From NCBI RefSeq assembly GCF_009914755.1, contig NC_060925.1: 64,000 nucleotides of DNA. One strand, given 5' to 3'. Origin of the DNA: the human T2T-CHM13v2.0 reference genome, Homo sapiens. The position numbers were made by a program, and so were the translations under genes. Numbering within the stretch: position 1 is the stretch's first letter; the number at the start of each line of letters is the position of its first letter. Below the pieces are notes generated by a model. That model worked only from the letters and a program-made list of their open reading frames with translations. It was not told the origin of the DNA and did not search any database. Below, piece by piece: positions 1 to 13,694 of the stretch.

Positions 1-177
1 GTGGTGGAGGCTACCTGTTGAGATGGTAGAGCTGCAACGTGAAAACATACCCTGGAGAGTCACCTGACATGTGCCTTACTTTGTGTGAGCAAGAAATAGA
101 CCCTGGTTGTTCTAGTTTTTGAGATTTGGAGGTTAATTTGTTACCAAGGAATACCATCACCTTTCCTGAGGAATACC
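1..177 (+). mobile_element. 3' part of an old MLT1-type MaLR LTR (runs off window start)
   Basis: gtgagcaagaaatagacc...gagatttggagg...ttgttacc...cctgaggaatac resembles the MLT1 3' terminus (ttgttac...cctgactaataca). Confidence 0.6.
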
Positions 178-289
178 AGCTTTCTAAACTATCAACTCAT
201 AGCCCTGGCCTGACCCGGACTTGCTCAGAGGCTACCTTCCCCCATTCAGACCCTGTTAGGGTGGGTAGCTCAGTGACTGTCAAGTAGCA

Positions 290-480
290 GTCATGGTGAG
301 CACAAGCTTTGAATTAGATCCACCCAGATTTGAATCATCTTGGATACTTCGTAGCTACAGACCTTTGGGAGAGTTAAATTCTCTGTACCTCTTTTTTATT
401 TGTTTGTAGAAAGGAGGTGACACAGTGTCACAACTCATGAGGCAACTCATATGGATAAAATGAGAAAATGCATACTTAGC
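290..480 (+). mobile_element. MIR SINE
   Basis: ctttgaattaga..cagatttgaatc..accttt..ctctgtacctc..tgtagaaagg..aaatgagaaaatgcat follows the MIR core. Confidence 0.6.
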
Positions 481-3349
481 CTGCCTTCTTTTAGTTTAGA
501 GTCCTTCCATTTCCCTTCATGTCTACTATGTTCCATCTCTCTTAAAGTCACCCAATGCAGGGACCATCCCTGCATTGCATCCCATAGTCTCTACTAGCAT
601 AGTTACATGCACCTACTACAATTCTGCTGAATTAAGTTATACTTAACTTAATTAAATTGGAAGATGAGGATGACCTGGAAACCAGCTTTAGCAATGGCCG
701 GTCTTGACAAACCCAGATACTAATTGATGTAGCCACACTTTGGTTCTGCAGTGGCCAGGTGATATGGACATTCCAGAAACATTTAACAATTTATTTGCAA
801 GCTCACCATGACTTTGAAGTGATATATTGTTCTGCATAAGTGTTCATTGAGTGACTCTAGCCTTAGTGAGGGTTCTTTATCCAAAAATCATCCTTTGGGA
901 TTAGATATTGGGCCATCATTGAATGTTCTGGTTCTTCTATAGATGATCTTATAAAATTACAAGACTTGAGTCCAAACTTTTATCCCACATAAGCATTTTT
1001 AAGATTATGTAGGGTAATAATTAGTTTCTGAATAAATTGTGGGTGTGGGTGTGTTGGCTTCATGAGGCCAGATGTTCCCTAACAGTCACACTTGATACAT
1101 CTAGACAGTTTCCCCAGAGCATCTCACAATTTTTGCATTCACTCCAGGTAGTTCCAAAAAATGACCTCAGTTCTGCAGATTTCACTTTTAGAAAAAAACT
1201 AGACTTCCATATGTTTCCTAAATAGGAATGGAAAAATAACAGGCAAGAAATTACATGTGTGAGAAAAAGTAGTTAAAAGTCTCCTATTAAAAAGCAAAAG
1301 TAAATTTCTTGAGGCTTTAATTAAACAAGATATCAAGCAAAAAATCTTAAGTAAACTATAACCTTTAAATATTCATTTTCAAAGGAAATCCAGATGTAGC
1401 AATAGATTTGTACAAAATTCCTCCTAGCCATATATTCTGACAAACTTTGTGTCCTCAGAGCCGGTCTCATATTATGTATGGCACTAAAGGTATCTTATAC
1501 AAGTGCCATAGCTGATCTTTGAAAGAGCACCCTTTTGATATGCATTCAAGATGTAACTATTGTCTTCTACTAGATAGTGGTAAGAACCCAAAGCATTTCT
1601 CCTGATTTTTCCCCTAAAGCCTTCAACCACTGGATTTGGAAGAAAGACATTGAAAATATCATTTCCACACAACGTACTGCACTCAAGCAACATTCAAATC
1701 CAAGTCCATTGGGATTCCAGTCAGAAGCCATCAGCAGTGGCCTAAATGTGTTGGGACCTTCTCTCTGCTCTGAACAGATGTGGTTAGAACTAACTAGATG
1801 TTAGGTCTTTGAGAGTCCAATGACGAGGACACTTGTGGAAAAAAAAGCACTCACATGACGAGAGTCTAATGAAAAATGAAACTCCCTGCCTCTGCCCTCC
1901 ATTTCATTCATTTCATTTGTGCTTTTATGAGAACTCATGTTTATAGGGAAGCTTCTGTTTGCTTCAGCTCCTGGCAGCTGCTTTTGTTTCTCTTCCTAAT
2001 AAGTCGGTGTTGGAAAAGAGAGATAGATGGGCATAGAGATCTAACAACTTTTGCAGGCTTGACAGAATTTTTTCCACACAATGGTTTTTTTTGGAAAATG
2101 TCCTTAAAAGAGGTCTGTATGGTCTCATCCAGTTCCCTGTTCTTTAACTTTTGTGTGCAGATGAAACAGACACTTGGTCAAATTGCCCCAAAGGGCTCCA
2201 CAGTCCCTCTGGAACTGTCTGTGATAGAAGGAATACCTTAGCTCCCAGGATGCTCCTCCTACTATGAACTAGAGTCTTTCCTATTCTTGTTTAATTTTTT
2301 TAAAAAAATGTTGTCCATAGTGGATGTCAACAGGTGAATGAGCAATTCATTTCTATACTCCCTGTTTTATTCCTCCTCTACCTTTTTCGTCCAGTCCCCA
2401 AAGGAGGAATTCAGACCGATGTAAATCAGAAAGCACCACAGACTCCACTGTGAGCTGGAGACAAGGAATAAAATCAGGAAATGCTTAACTCAACAGGCAA
2501 TCTCTTTGCTAGCCAGGGCCGTCTAATTAAACAGCTGATTGAGTGCATTCACCCACATCTCCTGCAGCAGGCATCATAAAATCTCGGCGCTAAGCTACAG
2601 TACTTATTTGAAAGATTTTTCACACAGTATTAAGGAAGAAACAGCTTTTACAAAATCACAGCTACATTGCCTTTCTAGTGCTAATGACCAGGTTCAAATA
2701 TGAAATATCACTTTCCAGTCCTCTGACCTCTGTCTTTTGAGGACCTAGCGTTCACCTGACCTACACAACTCTCAGCGAACCCCAAGCCAAATTAGACCTG
2801 AGCAAGTGAAAATTACAAAACCAGCAATTCTCTTTCCATTGGTCTGTCAGCATGAAGTGCCCACTTTCCCTGCAGTGTTAATAACCAAATATGAAATATT
2901 TAAATGGCTGCAAATTGCATCAATTAAAATTGTTTCCATCCCAAGTAAGCACAGATTGCTTAGCTGTTTTGACCCAATGTCTTTTTATGTTTGATATACT
3001 TTCTTAATTAAAAAGTGCACAATGATCAAAAAAGCATGGGTAATTGTAGCATTAAGTATTTTTTTAAGTGCAAAATAAAAAAAAAGAAAAGGCTGAGGTT
3101 GAACTCTTTTGTAACATATCAACTTCATGCATTACTGCTTCGTTATTTTGAAAACATAACAAACCATGGATATGAGGGGTGCTTTTTGATGCTAAAGGTG
3201 ACCTAGGTTTCTCTGTCTAGGACATGATGACTGCTTGGTATGACCAGGCCTTAAGGAGAGGAACAAACACGTAAGGATGTCAAGGGAGGACGCTTCAAAA
3301 TGAGCCCCAAACACAGGGGCTTCCACAGATTGATGTAGTCTTTTAACAA

Positions 3350-3890
3350 ATCAGATCAGACCAGTTTTTCTTCTGTTTAATACCCTCCAATAGCTTCCTA
3401 TTGCATTTAGAACAAATCCAAGCTGCTGACCACAGGCCATGGGGCCCCACAAGGCCAGACCACATGCTTCCTTCCCTTTCTCCCACTCACCTCTCTCTAG
3501 CCACATTGGCTGACTGTTTTCTGGGAAAAAGAGATTATTTATTTTTTTTCAGAGGTAACCTTCACCCTTTCACTTTCCTCTGCTGAAATAATCTTCCTCA
3601 GAGAATTTTCAGGACTTCTGGCTCTCTGTCTTCCTTTAGTCTCTGTTCAAATACTCTCTCTTCAGAGAGATTTTCTCTGACCACTTAATCTCCTTCCCTG
3701 CCCCCTCTCACTGCTGACACTCTATCCTGTCACCCTGCTGATCTCCTTCATCCCACACAAGGCTCTCGGAAATGACTTCTTTGACGATCATGTTCTTATT
3801 CAATACCTGTTTCTTATTCAATACCTGGTGAATCTTCAGAACCTGGAACGGCGCCCTCATAGAGCTGCGCCAAGCACTGCACTGAAATGA
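3350..3890 (+). mobile_element. L2 LINE 3' fragment
   Basis: ccctccaatagcttcctattgcatttagaacaaatccaa and tctctgttcaaatact..cttcagagaga..tctctgaccac are typical L2 3' motifs. Confidence 0.7.
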
Positions 3891-4123
3891 TTAACTCGGG
3901 CTCCACACCCAGGAAGCCTGTAGATGTAGGTTCCTTCTGACTTAAAATGGAAGGGAATTCAGAAGACGCAGGCCCCTCCCAGCCTCTGATCTGCTGACAT
4001 CCTGCAGCGGGAACCCGTGATGTGATGGCTTCTTTGCTATTGGGAGATAAGAACCAGAGGAGTTTACTTGGATAACTGCATCTGAGGGAAGATGCTTTAA
4101 TAGGGACAGTCTACCAGTTAATG

Positions 4124-4145
4124 GTGTGTGTGTGTGTGTGTGTGT
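4124..4145. repeat. (GT)11 microsatellite followed by TA/CA low complexity to ~4225
   Basis: Direct read of the sequence. Confidence 0.95.
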
Positions 4146-5969
4146 ATAATAACACACAGCATACAATGTATACTTACATATACGTATATATGTATGCACA
4201 TGTAAGTATACATTGAGCACATATATTTCCTTACCTGTCCAAATGTTGAATGTTCTATTACAACATCTAATGAAATGGTACCTCTGAGGGAAAATGAAAG
4301 ATTGTCTTTTCTTACGGGCTGTTTCCATGGTAGCGTAATACCCTTGGGCAGCACCCTAATGATGAGTTATTACTTTTTAGCTAAAACACATTGTAGGGAA
4401 CCAATTAATAATATAACTTTCACAGCGAAACAACAGGTTAATTTTTCTTTCATTTATTCTCAGATGCAAACATGCACAGACATATGTGTAATAATTTATC
4501 CCAAGCTCTGACTCACTCATCTTTGCTCTTTCTTCACTGAGTTAGCAAAAGAAGGGAAAAGGAGGTGATATTGACCCTCTGGGAATCCCTCAGGCAAAAG
4601 ATGTAGGTGGCATCGCAGATGCTGCCCTGAGAAAGAGTGTTTTAATCATGAAAGTCCCTTTCTAAAACTGCCAGGCCAAGTGTTCTAGCAGCTATATTAT
4701 GTCAGATGTGATTGTACCCATGGTGCCTCTTGAGCTGCGTATCAGAAATGATAGTACAAAATGGTTTGACTGTTTGCAAGGGCTTCTGACAGAGATGCGT
4801 CTGACATAGTGAGAAACCTCTTCCTGGAGGAGTGGCCAAATCTCTGTTTGGCCAACTGGCCTTGGAGGCTTAGGGTGGTATCTTCCTTGTGATCAAGATG
4901 CACAGATGGCTCAGATTAGCAGAATCGCCTGCAAGGGAGAGGAGATGACAGGGATTAGTACAGAGTGGAGCCGAGGACAAGGCTGGGACAAGGCAACATC
5001 AGGCTGTGCCCCATGGGCTTCCAAGCAGCTAAAAGGCTTATGGATTTCTCTCTTAGGAACTGGGAATGTATTTGGTAGCTTAAGAGGTTAAATCCCTGGA
5101 TTTCATGCTGTTTCTACATTTCTCAGATGCCTTTGTCCTCTTCCTTCCAAGTCCCATTTCTTCAGGCAGACCTGGATGTAGAGAGGCCATCAAACTTATA
5201 TATTATCCACAAAGAAAAATAATCAACAGAAATAGTTCACATGTTCATATGTTCATGAGGGGTTAGGAAATCTAAATCCCCCAATGCATACACATCAGAT
5301 TATCATCTTTGATTTGAGGTAAATATTTTCAAGCCACATGTTTATCAAATATAAAGAAAATATAAGATAATGAACAGTAGGGAAAATACAATAAAGAACT
5401 AAAATATCCTGCATCTCCTGCCCTACAGCTGCTGCTACATGGAGATTGAAAAACAAATAAAAGACTGCAGCCGTTGTGAAAGTTACTGACACATTGTATT
5501 CTAAAACTGATTATATATTTTGTTCACAGCCCATGGAGAAAGTTGGATAAAGAAAAATAGAATATTCTATTAGTAGATATATCTATATCATAATGTAGTT
5601 CACTTCAAAGTTCAAAAGTAAACCAACAGAGAAATTTATCAATAAATAATACTTTAACTGGCCCAAATAATTTTCAAAGATTTGTTAAAATGGAATTGAT
5701 AATCATTTTTACATAGTTTGATACATACAAAAAAAAAGATGTGCCTACATATTTTCTAGAAATAGCTTCAAGTGACTACCAGGTGAAGAGTAAAAAGAAA
5801 ACGTAATGACATATCTCGGAGAAGGGAAAAGGTTGATATGTTTATAGAAAAGAGAAGAACGACTGTTCTTGAAAGAAAAGACAAATGTTTATAGAGCATC
5901 TCCACATGAATTCATGGAGACTCTTTTATTTCACCCTCAAAGGAACTCCGACAGGCTTCCCTGTGTCCC

Positions 5970-6080
5970 TCTCACAGATGAGGGGAGTGAGCTCAAAGCA
6001 CTGAGATAATTTGTCCAAAAGGGAAAATGACTGATTATGCACAGCAGTAGATTCTGAGCCCAGATTCATTAAAGCTAAGG
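5970..6080 (-). mobile_element. MIR fragment
   Basis: acagatgaggggagtgagctcaaag..aatttgtccaa..gattctgagcccag. Confidence 0.5.
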
Positions 6081-6544
6081 AATTATCACATTTGGTAAGT
6101 TCTCACCTAGATGCTTTTACATTTCTACAGAGGGCAGATAGCAACTGAAAATAAATAAATCAAAATAAGAAAATTTAGGTTATAATTTTCTAAATGTCTT
6201 TTTTTCATATTGAATTGATATTTATTTCAAGACATGCCATGTCAAAATAAAACAGAGTCCACCCTTGCCTTTAACAATAATACTGCATTAGAAAAGCACT
6301 TTACAAATGCCATCCCCTCTTTAAGTATAAGTTACGGGTACGTGGGCTAATGATTACCCGAAAGCATCTCCTTATCCAGATCCTTAATTCAAGTGCTCTC
6401 TGAATATTACAAGGTGACAATAAGTGGGAAGTGTAGGAGGAAGAGGAAAAAAAGTGGATCGTTTCTTCCAGTTAAGGGTTTTATTGCAATGAGGGGATAA
6501 GGAAGTATGAAGATATTTTTGTTGTCTTTTCATCTTTATACTGT

Positions 6545-6910
6545 TGATATAGTTTGACTCTGTGTCCCCATCTAAACCTCATCTTGCAGCTCCCATAATT
6601 TCCACGTGTTGTGGGAGGGGCCCCGTGAGAGGTGATTGAATCACGGGGCGGGTCTTTCCCGTGCTGTTCTCGTGATAGTGAATGGGTCTCACAAGATCTG
6701 ATGGTTTTAAAAATGGGAGTCTCGGTGAGCAAGCTCATTTTTTGCCTGCTGCCATCTGCTTGAGATGTGACTTGCTCCTCCTTGCCTTCCGCCATGATTG
6801 TGAGGCCTCCCCACCCATGTGGAACTGTTAAGTCCAATAAACCTCTTTCTTTTGTAAATTGCCCAGTCTGGGGTAGGTCTTTAAAAGCAGGGTGAAAACG
6901 GACTAATACA
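6545..6910 (+). mobile_element. THE1A-like solo LTR (ERVL-MaLR)
   Basis: Full LTR from tgatatagtttg to gactaataca, with THE1A-type aagtccaataaacctctttcttttgtaaattgcccag; perfect 5-bp TSD ACTGT (6540-6544 / 6911-6915). Confidence 0.93.
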
Positions 6911-7516
6911 ACTGTGTGAAGTAATGCTTACAATAGAAATTCAGCAGGCTTTTCCTGAGCTGTGTCTCAGTTTTCTTCCTGAAAGTAACCTATTTACAAA
7001 TGTGTAAATTAGCTTACACAACAATCTCACAGTAACTGGTAAAGATTAAAAGGGTGCACTCCTACTATATTTGTTTGCAGTGTTTTAAGAAAAATACATA
7101 TTGCCATGGTGATGAAGCTCTAAATAGATCTAACAAAACATCTGAAAATTGAAAGCAGTTTAAAAAACAGGGCAAAGGAATAAATATCACCAAAGAAAAA
7201 AAGATTAATTGTAGGTTAAATGATAAACGAAATCACTAGTCAATCAGCAAAACTGTACAAGTCTAATAAAGAGCAAAACCAACCTAAAAGACCCAACATT
7301 TAAAAAAATGCTAAAATGTCATGTAAGAAGGAACTCAAATGGGTTGCAAGGGCAAAATAGCAATAAAATAAATTGGAATTAGAGATGTTTGGTCGTCAAA
7401 GATAAAGCAAATAAGTTGTGTCTATAGTGGGCCATAACTTGAAAGGAAGAGTAGAGTTTTTAAGTTTGTTGTTTGGACTATCCAAGACCCAAATGACTTT
7501 ACTTTGGAGGTGATAA

Positions 7517-7680
7517 AATATAGGATTTAAGAGCACTGACTTCCGAGTCAATCTTCTGCTTTGTAATGCATGATTAGAAACCTCTCATTCTGATTTTTAG
7601 CTTTCTTATCTGTAAAATAGGGAAATTATATTAATTTTTAAGGTTTCTGAGAGTTTAAAAAGTGATACGTATGTTTTAAA
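7517..7680 (+). mobile_element. MIR SINE
   Basis: ttaagagcactgactt..gagtca..tttcttatctgtaaaataggga. Confidence 0.6.
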
Positions 7681-7953
7681 TTGACTAGACCTAAGATCAC
7701 TAAGTTTATAGTCACAGGAAAAGATCAAGTGAAATAAGGTATTAAATGTTATGAAGAGTTACTCATTTCCTTAATTAATTGAAACGTTCATTTTTCAGTT
7801 TATGGTATTGAGACTTTGCACCAAGTTTTATGTTTCGCATGATCTATAAGAAGTCTTAAGAGCTAAGTTTCTGAACAAACAGAAAAATAACATAATTCTT
7901 GACTTCCAGTAATAAACTGAACAAAGGCAGAAGTCAGTAAGAATTAACAAAAA

Positions 7954-8270
<317 letters not shown>

Positions 8271-8942
8271 CAACAGAAAATAATAGAGAAAAGAATCAAT
8301 GAATATAAAAGCTGGTTCTTTAAAAAAGATAAATAAAATTGAAACATTTCTAGCCTAACTGATAAGGAAAAATAACAGAGAGAGACAGAGAAGACACAAA
8401 TTACCAATATCGGGAAGGAAAGAGAATAACATGACAGCCCATATAACAGACATTAAAATGATAAAATATGAAAAAACTTATGTCAATAAATTTGACAATT
8501 TAGATAAGGTAGACAAACTTTATAAAAGACACAAACTACCAACGCTCATTCAAGAAGAAATAGATAGCCTGAATATCCCTACGCCTATTAAAGAAACTGA
8601 ATTATGAGTTAAAACCTCCCCACAAACAAAACGCCAGACCCAGATGGCTTCACTGGCAAATTCTACCAAACATTTAAAAAGAAGAGATACCAATAGCACA
8701 AGTTATTTCAGAAAATTGAAGAGGAAAAAACACTAACTCATTTTGTGAGGCTAGAATTATCCTTTTACCAAATCCTGACAAAATAATGACAGGAAAATAA
8801 ACTGTAGACAAATGTCTACCACAAACACAGATACAAAAAATTGTAACAAAATTTTAGCAAGTTGAATACACTTATTTGTAAAAAGATAATGCATCATGAC
8901 AAATTGGATTTTCCCTTTGAGTTGCTAGGCTGATTCAACATT
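8271..8942 (+). mobile_element. Old L1M ORF2 fragment
   Basis: aatcaatgaatataaaagctggttcttt, ccagatggcttcactggcaaattctaccaaacatttaa, aactcattttgtgaggctagaatta. Confidence 0.9.
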
Positions 8943-8947
8943 CCAAC

Positions 8948-9272
8948 ACCAACCTCCTTTGGATTAATGTTTAAATCATATACCTTTTTCATCCTTCCAT
9001 TTTTTAAACTTTCAGTGTCTTAATATTTCAGTTGTGCCTCTTATAAGCAGTGTAGAGTAAGGTTTTATGTCTTCATCCAGTCTATTACTACTAATAAAAG
9101 ATTATAGATTTTGAAATATCTTCAGTTCTGGACATTTTTGGTTTATATATTTTGAAACTGTGTTGTTAGCCGCAATATATTTAGAATTGATGTTTATGTG
9201 TTTGTTGAACACTTTTATTATAAAATCATCTGTCTCATAATTATTTCCACTTTAACAACTTATTTGTCAGAT
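8948..9272 (-). mobile_element. Two antisense L1M ORF2 5' (endonuclease-region) pieces in permuted order
   Basis: Reverse complements match L1 ORF2 start motifs also seen sense at 52720-53106. Confidence 0.65.
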
Positions 9273-10270
9273 AAATTTGACTACATAAAAATTAAAAACA
9301 GTTCATCAAATAACACCATTAAGGAAATTTTAAACATTAAGCCATAAGTGGGAAGATAGACGCAATACATACATCTGAAAAGAGCTATGTCCCAGAGTAT
9401 GCAAAAAACATACAAATCAATAAGAAAAATATCAGACACCCAATAGCAAAATGGGCAGGACATTTGAACTGGCACTTCAAAAAACGATATTCTAATGACC
9501 ACTAAACATGAAAAGGGGCTCAACCTCATTAGAATTCAGGGATATTTAAACCATGATGAGTAACCATCACACTTACTAGAAGGGCCAAAATTTAAATGTC
9601 TGAAAATATTCAGAATTGGCAAGGATATGGAGCAATGGGTCCTCTTATATAAACCTGGGTGCATATTGGTACATATTGGTATATATTGGCACAGCCATTT
9701 TAGTAAATGACATTTTACACTACATTTTATTATACATGTACACTTTATTCCAGCAGTTTCACTGCTAAATATACCCTTGTGAGAAATGTGTACACATGTA
9801 CACCAAAAATATGTATAAAAATATTCATAACAGCACAATGTATAATCACTAAAAACTGGAAGCAACGTCAATATCTATTAACAGTAGAATTGATAAATAA
9901 ATTCAGATACATTCGTAGAACAGAATACTAAACAGCAACTAAAATGGATGAATCATTTCATGCAACAATTTGGATGAATATTACAAATATGTTGAGCAAA
10001 AGAAGTTGGAAAATGCATACCATATGATTCCATTTATACCAAGTTCGAAGACAGACAAGGAATCTATTGTTTTAGAGGTCAGGAGAGGTAGGGGATATAG
10101 GGTGATTTGGGAAGGGGAGCAGGAGCTCTGTGGGGTTCAGTAATGTTCACTCTATTGATTTGGGAAGTGGTTACAGAGGTGTGTTTACTTTGTAATAATT
10201 CATCAATCTCTGAATTTATGACTTGTAAACTTTTCTATATGTATGTTGTACCTCAATTTAAAAGTTAATA
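9270..10270 (+). mobile_element. L1ME/L1MC-type ORF2 end plus 3' UTR
   Basis: gataaatttgactacataaaaattaaaaac..aaatgggcaggacatttgaac..aaaactggaagcaac..atgattccatttatac..tgttgtacctcaatttaaaag. Confidence 0.88.
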
Positions 10271-10539
10271 AAAGTTCTTCAGATGCAAATAAAACTAAAT
10301 TTATTTTTATTTCATTTAAAAAATTTTTTTATCAAGAAAAAATAAAACTAAATTTCTTCCTGAATTTCTTGACACTGAAGTCACAAAATAGATGATATTG
10401 AATTATGTCAAACTTATTTTCCAATGCAAAGAAAAATCCAGCTACTTTCAGTGGACCGTGTTCTGCGAGCCTTACTCCCAGGTAGAGTATGCCTCCATTT
10501 AGAGAAAATTTCTATAATGCTTCTGTGTCAGTTCCACGG

Positions 10540-10636
10540 GGAAAAGATTGCACCTTATTGTTTCACCGTTGTGTGTCTAGTACCTAGACTAATTTCTAAA
10601 CCAAATTAGGTGCTCAACAACATTTGTTGAATGATT
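10540..10636 (+). mobile_element. L2 3' terminus
   Basis: tctagtacctagac..taggtgctcaacaacatttgttgaatga. Confidence 0.7.
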
Positions 10637-11447
10637 AAAGGAGTTAAAGAGAAAGAAAACTTTGTCACTTGAAGTAGTTATAAAGGTAGGCCTGGGCTCC
10701 ACTATTATTGAAAGGAGGCAAGGAAATGGTTCAAAGTAGGGAAATGTCTGCAGTGTGAACACTGGTTTGTGAATATTTCTCTTGTTATAAAAACATATGC
10801 TGTGAAAAGAAGCTCAGGAAATTGCAAGAGAAGAGTCTTCACTGTTGTCTTTTCCTACCAGCCTGATAAGTCACGAATACATCACAGTCGCCTACTTGAA
10901 GCCCACCTATGCTTTGAGTGAGTTACATGCACCCACTGGAAGTGATTTTAAATGACCTTTGTCAGAGAGGTTGCAAACAGGGGCATGTTTCTTCCAAAGA
11001 GCACACTAGTTAGCTTTCATCAGTGTCGGAATTTATATATTGAAAGTAATAACTTAACAAATATTCTGTAATTGAGCCTTTGCCTTTCCATGAATTTTTA
11101 TCACTTTAGAGTGACTCATACGTGGACAGGTAGAAAATCCATGTGTGACACAGAACCTAAGCTGTGGAGAATTAGTCTCAGCACAAATTGTCTTTACCAG
11201 GCATTTGGCATTTAGTCTCACATTGCCTTGAATTGTTGTTTGCTCTTTTCATAAAAACAGTTTCCCATCTAAACTGTAAGCTCATTTCAATCTGGAGCTG
11301 TGAGTGTTTATTCTCAGATGTCTCCCCTGGACACTGAGCCATTAAGAAACATGAACTGACCTGAGCCAAGTACCAACCGTGTGGGCTGAGCTGTTTGGAT
11401 CGCAGCTGACCACCCTCTGGCAGCCCACATATTCCCAAGAGTCAAGG

Positions 11448-11870
11448 GCGTTAGCCAAGGCCCATCCAGGAAGAGAATCTATGTTAAGTATTTAAAACAA
11501 ATAATTTAATTCGGGGAATTGGTAACACAGGTGATGGAGGAGTTGGAAAGCCAACAGAGATGGGGTTCCTCAGGTATTAGCCACCTCAGGAAGCCACGGC
11601 CACTCCTAGGCTAGAAAAACAAAAGGAGGAGGCAGTGTTACTGGAGCCCAGGAGTCAAGGTCACCAAACATGAGCTGGGTCCATGTGGGCTGGTTCACCA
11701 AGAGCCAGAACCACAGGAGAGGCAGCTGCTGGCAGAAAAGCTACCCAAGGCAGAGTGGGAGGGAGCGAAATCCATGGCATCTCCCTTCCCTCACCCTCCA
11801 AATTCTCCCCACCGCCTCCCACTTATCAGGCCCAGCTGGAAGGTCTAGGAATAGTTGTGAGGGCAAGGCA
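11448..11870 (-). mobile_element. Ancient ERVL/MaLR-class LTR fragment (family uncertain)
   Basis: ggaagccacggccactcctaggctag..aaaggaggaggcagtgttactggagcccag and ctcccttccctcaccctccaaattctcccc resemble old ERVL-class LTRs. Confidence 0.45.
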
Positions 11871-12029
11871 GACCCACAACGGGCATACCAAGTCCTTATA
11901 CCGTTTCCTTAGCCCTTCTCCCCATTCCCTTGTTGCAAAGATGCATGTTCTCTGATGTAGTTGAATTCAGCTGTGGATCATCTGCTCTACCCTCTGCAAC
12001 CCCATCCTCATAGCAACCCTCCTAGGCAT

Positions 12030-12860
12030 GTAGGAGGTGCCTGGCCTTTCCAAGGAGCAGCAAGGTGGCCAGGGTGGTGGAGCCTAGTGAGTGAGGGGGC
12101 TGGGGAAGCAGTGGAGGTCAGAGAAAAAGGGAGCAGAGCATATCCTGCAAGGCCTTTGGCTTTCCTCTGAGTGAGTGAGTAGGGGAGGCCTCTGAGGGTT
12201 TTCAGCAGAGGAATAATGGGATCTGACATTTTCATTACAATAATTCTGGCTGCTGAGTTGAGAAGCCACTGTGGTGAGGGGAGGGAGAAGGGTAGATTCA
12301 GGGAGACCAGATAGGATCATTATGATGATAATTCAGACAAAATGGTTCAGGCCAATGTTGGTGAGGAGCCAGAGTTGAGCTCTAGGGTCCCTCAACTTTA
12401 GGCATCAGGGAGATGAAGAGGGATAATGAAGCCCACTGAAGACGCGGCCAAGGAGCAGGGGTAAGGAACAGGAGGGTGGTGTCTTAAAAGCCAACTGAGG
12501 AAAGTGTAGCAAAGAAGAGGGAGTGGTCACCCCATCAGTCCCATCACCACCGATGGCCAAGTGGGAGGAAGACTGAGAAGGATGGATTTATCTGCCTGCA
12601 GTTTTGGTGACTTCCATGGGGCCAGTGTTGGCAGCATGGTGGGGTGATGGCTGATTGCAGTGGGTTGAGACACAGGGGCTTGAAACGAGCTGGAGACAAG
12701 GAGAGGCTTCCCTTTCCAGGTGTTTGGCTGCAGAGGGGAGTAGGGGCATGGTATGTGGCTGATCAGGGAACTTAGTTTGGTTTATTACTGATTTTGAATG
12801 TGAGAACTAAGAGCATGTTTCTATACTAAAAATAAAAGTGCACTAGAAAGGGGAAGACAT
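12030..12860 (-). mobile_element. L2 LINE fragment
   Basis: gagggttttcagcagaggaataatgggatctgac..ctggctgctgagttgagaa..gggagaccagatagga; gtgtcttaaaagccaa..gagggagtggtca. Confidence 0.8.
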
Positions 12861-12934
12861 GAATTAGGATACATCCTAAAATTAGAATTTTGGTGAAGTG
12901 ATGTCCTTGAAAGGTTAAGAAAGGATGCAATTTT

Positions 12935-13407
12935 ATTATATTTTTATTTTATTTTTAAATAAAATTGTATTTCTTTAAAGTGTACAACATGTTTATGTAT
13001 ACGTAATAAAGAACATGATGTGTATATATATACATGTATATAGGAATGATTACTCATATCAAGCTAGTTAATAATCATCTCACTGTTACCTGTGTGGGGC
13101 GGGGGGATGGGGGGCGGTGCCCAGTGAGAGCACTTAAAAATCTACTCTCTTTGCAAATCTGCAGTATACAATACAGTATTAGTAACTATAGTCTTCCTGC
13201 CACACATTAGATTTCTAGAATTACTCATCCTACATAACTGCAACTTTGTACCCCTGAACTAACATCTCTACCTTTCTCCCACCTCCCACCCCTGGTAACC
13301 ATGCCCTGTGTAGTCAGCTTTTTTAGATTCCACACATCAATGAGATCATGCAGTATTTTACATTTCTGTGCCTGGCTCAGTCCACTTGGCATAACATCCT
13401 TCAGGTT
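12935..13407 (-). mobile_element. L1MA-type 3' UTR fragment
   Basis: gtgagagcacttaaaaatctactctc..actgcaactttgtaccc..ttagattccacacatcaatgagatcatgcagtat. Confidence 0.88.
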
Positions 13408-13439
13408 GAAGGACAGAGTTTCAGCATTACCACCCTTTT

Positions 13440-13523
13440 GTGGCACCTGGGACTTTCCCAGCACTAAGGGTCCTATGTCCCAGGAAACCATCAGTCCTGG
13501 GCAACCAGGATGGTTAGTCACCT
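13440..13523. mobile_element. MER81-like hAT-Blackjack MITE
   Basis: cctgggactttccc..tgtcccaggaaacc..cagtcctgggcaaccaggatggttagtcacc. Confidence 0.7.
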
Positions 13524-13572
13524 GAAGTGAAGTAAGTAGGAAGCAAGAACAGCCATCAATGAGATTGGGTAA

Positions 13573-13694
13573 GGCTGCCGCGTCCGTCCCTGTAATCCCA
13601 GCTACTTTGGAGTTTGAGGCAGGAGGATCACTTAAGCCCAGGCGCTTGAGACCAGCCTGGGCAACAGCAAGACACCCATCTCAAAGGAAAAAAA
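13573..13694 (+). mobile_element. FLAM (free left Alu monomer)
   Basis: cctgtaatcccagctact..gaggatcacttaagcccagg..gagaccagcctgggcaaca plus A tail; approximate TSD aatgagattgggtaa/aatgattggggaa. Confidence 0.85.

Noticed and set aside
13094-13118. G-rich run as a G-quadruplex
   Set aside because: Only three long G tracts, inside an L1 3' UTR simple tract; nothing indicates function.
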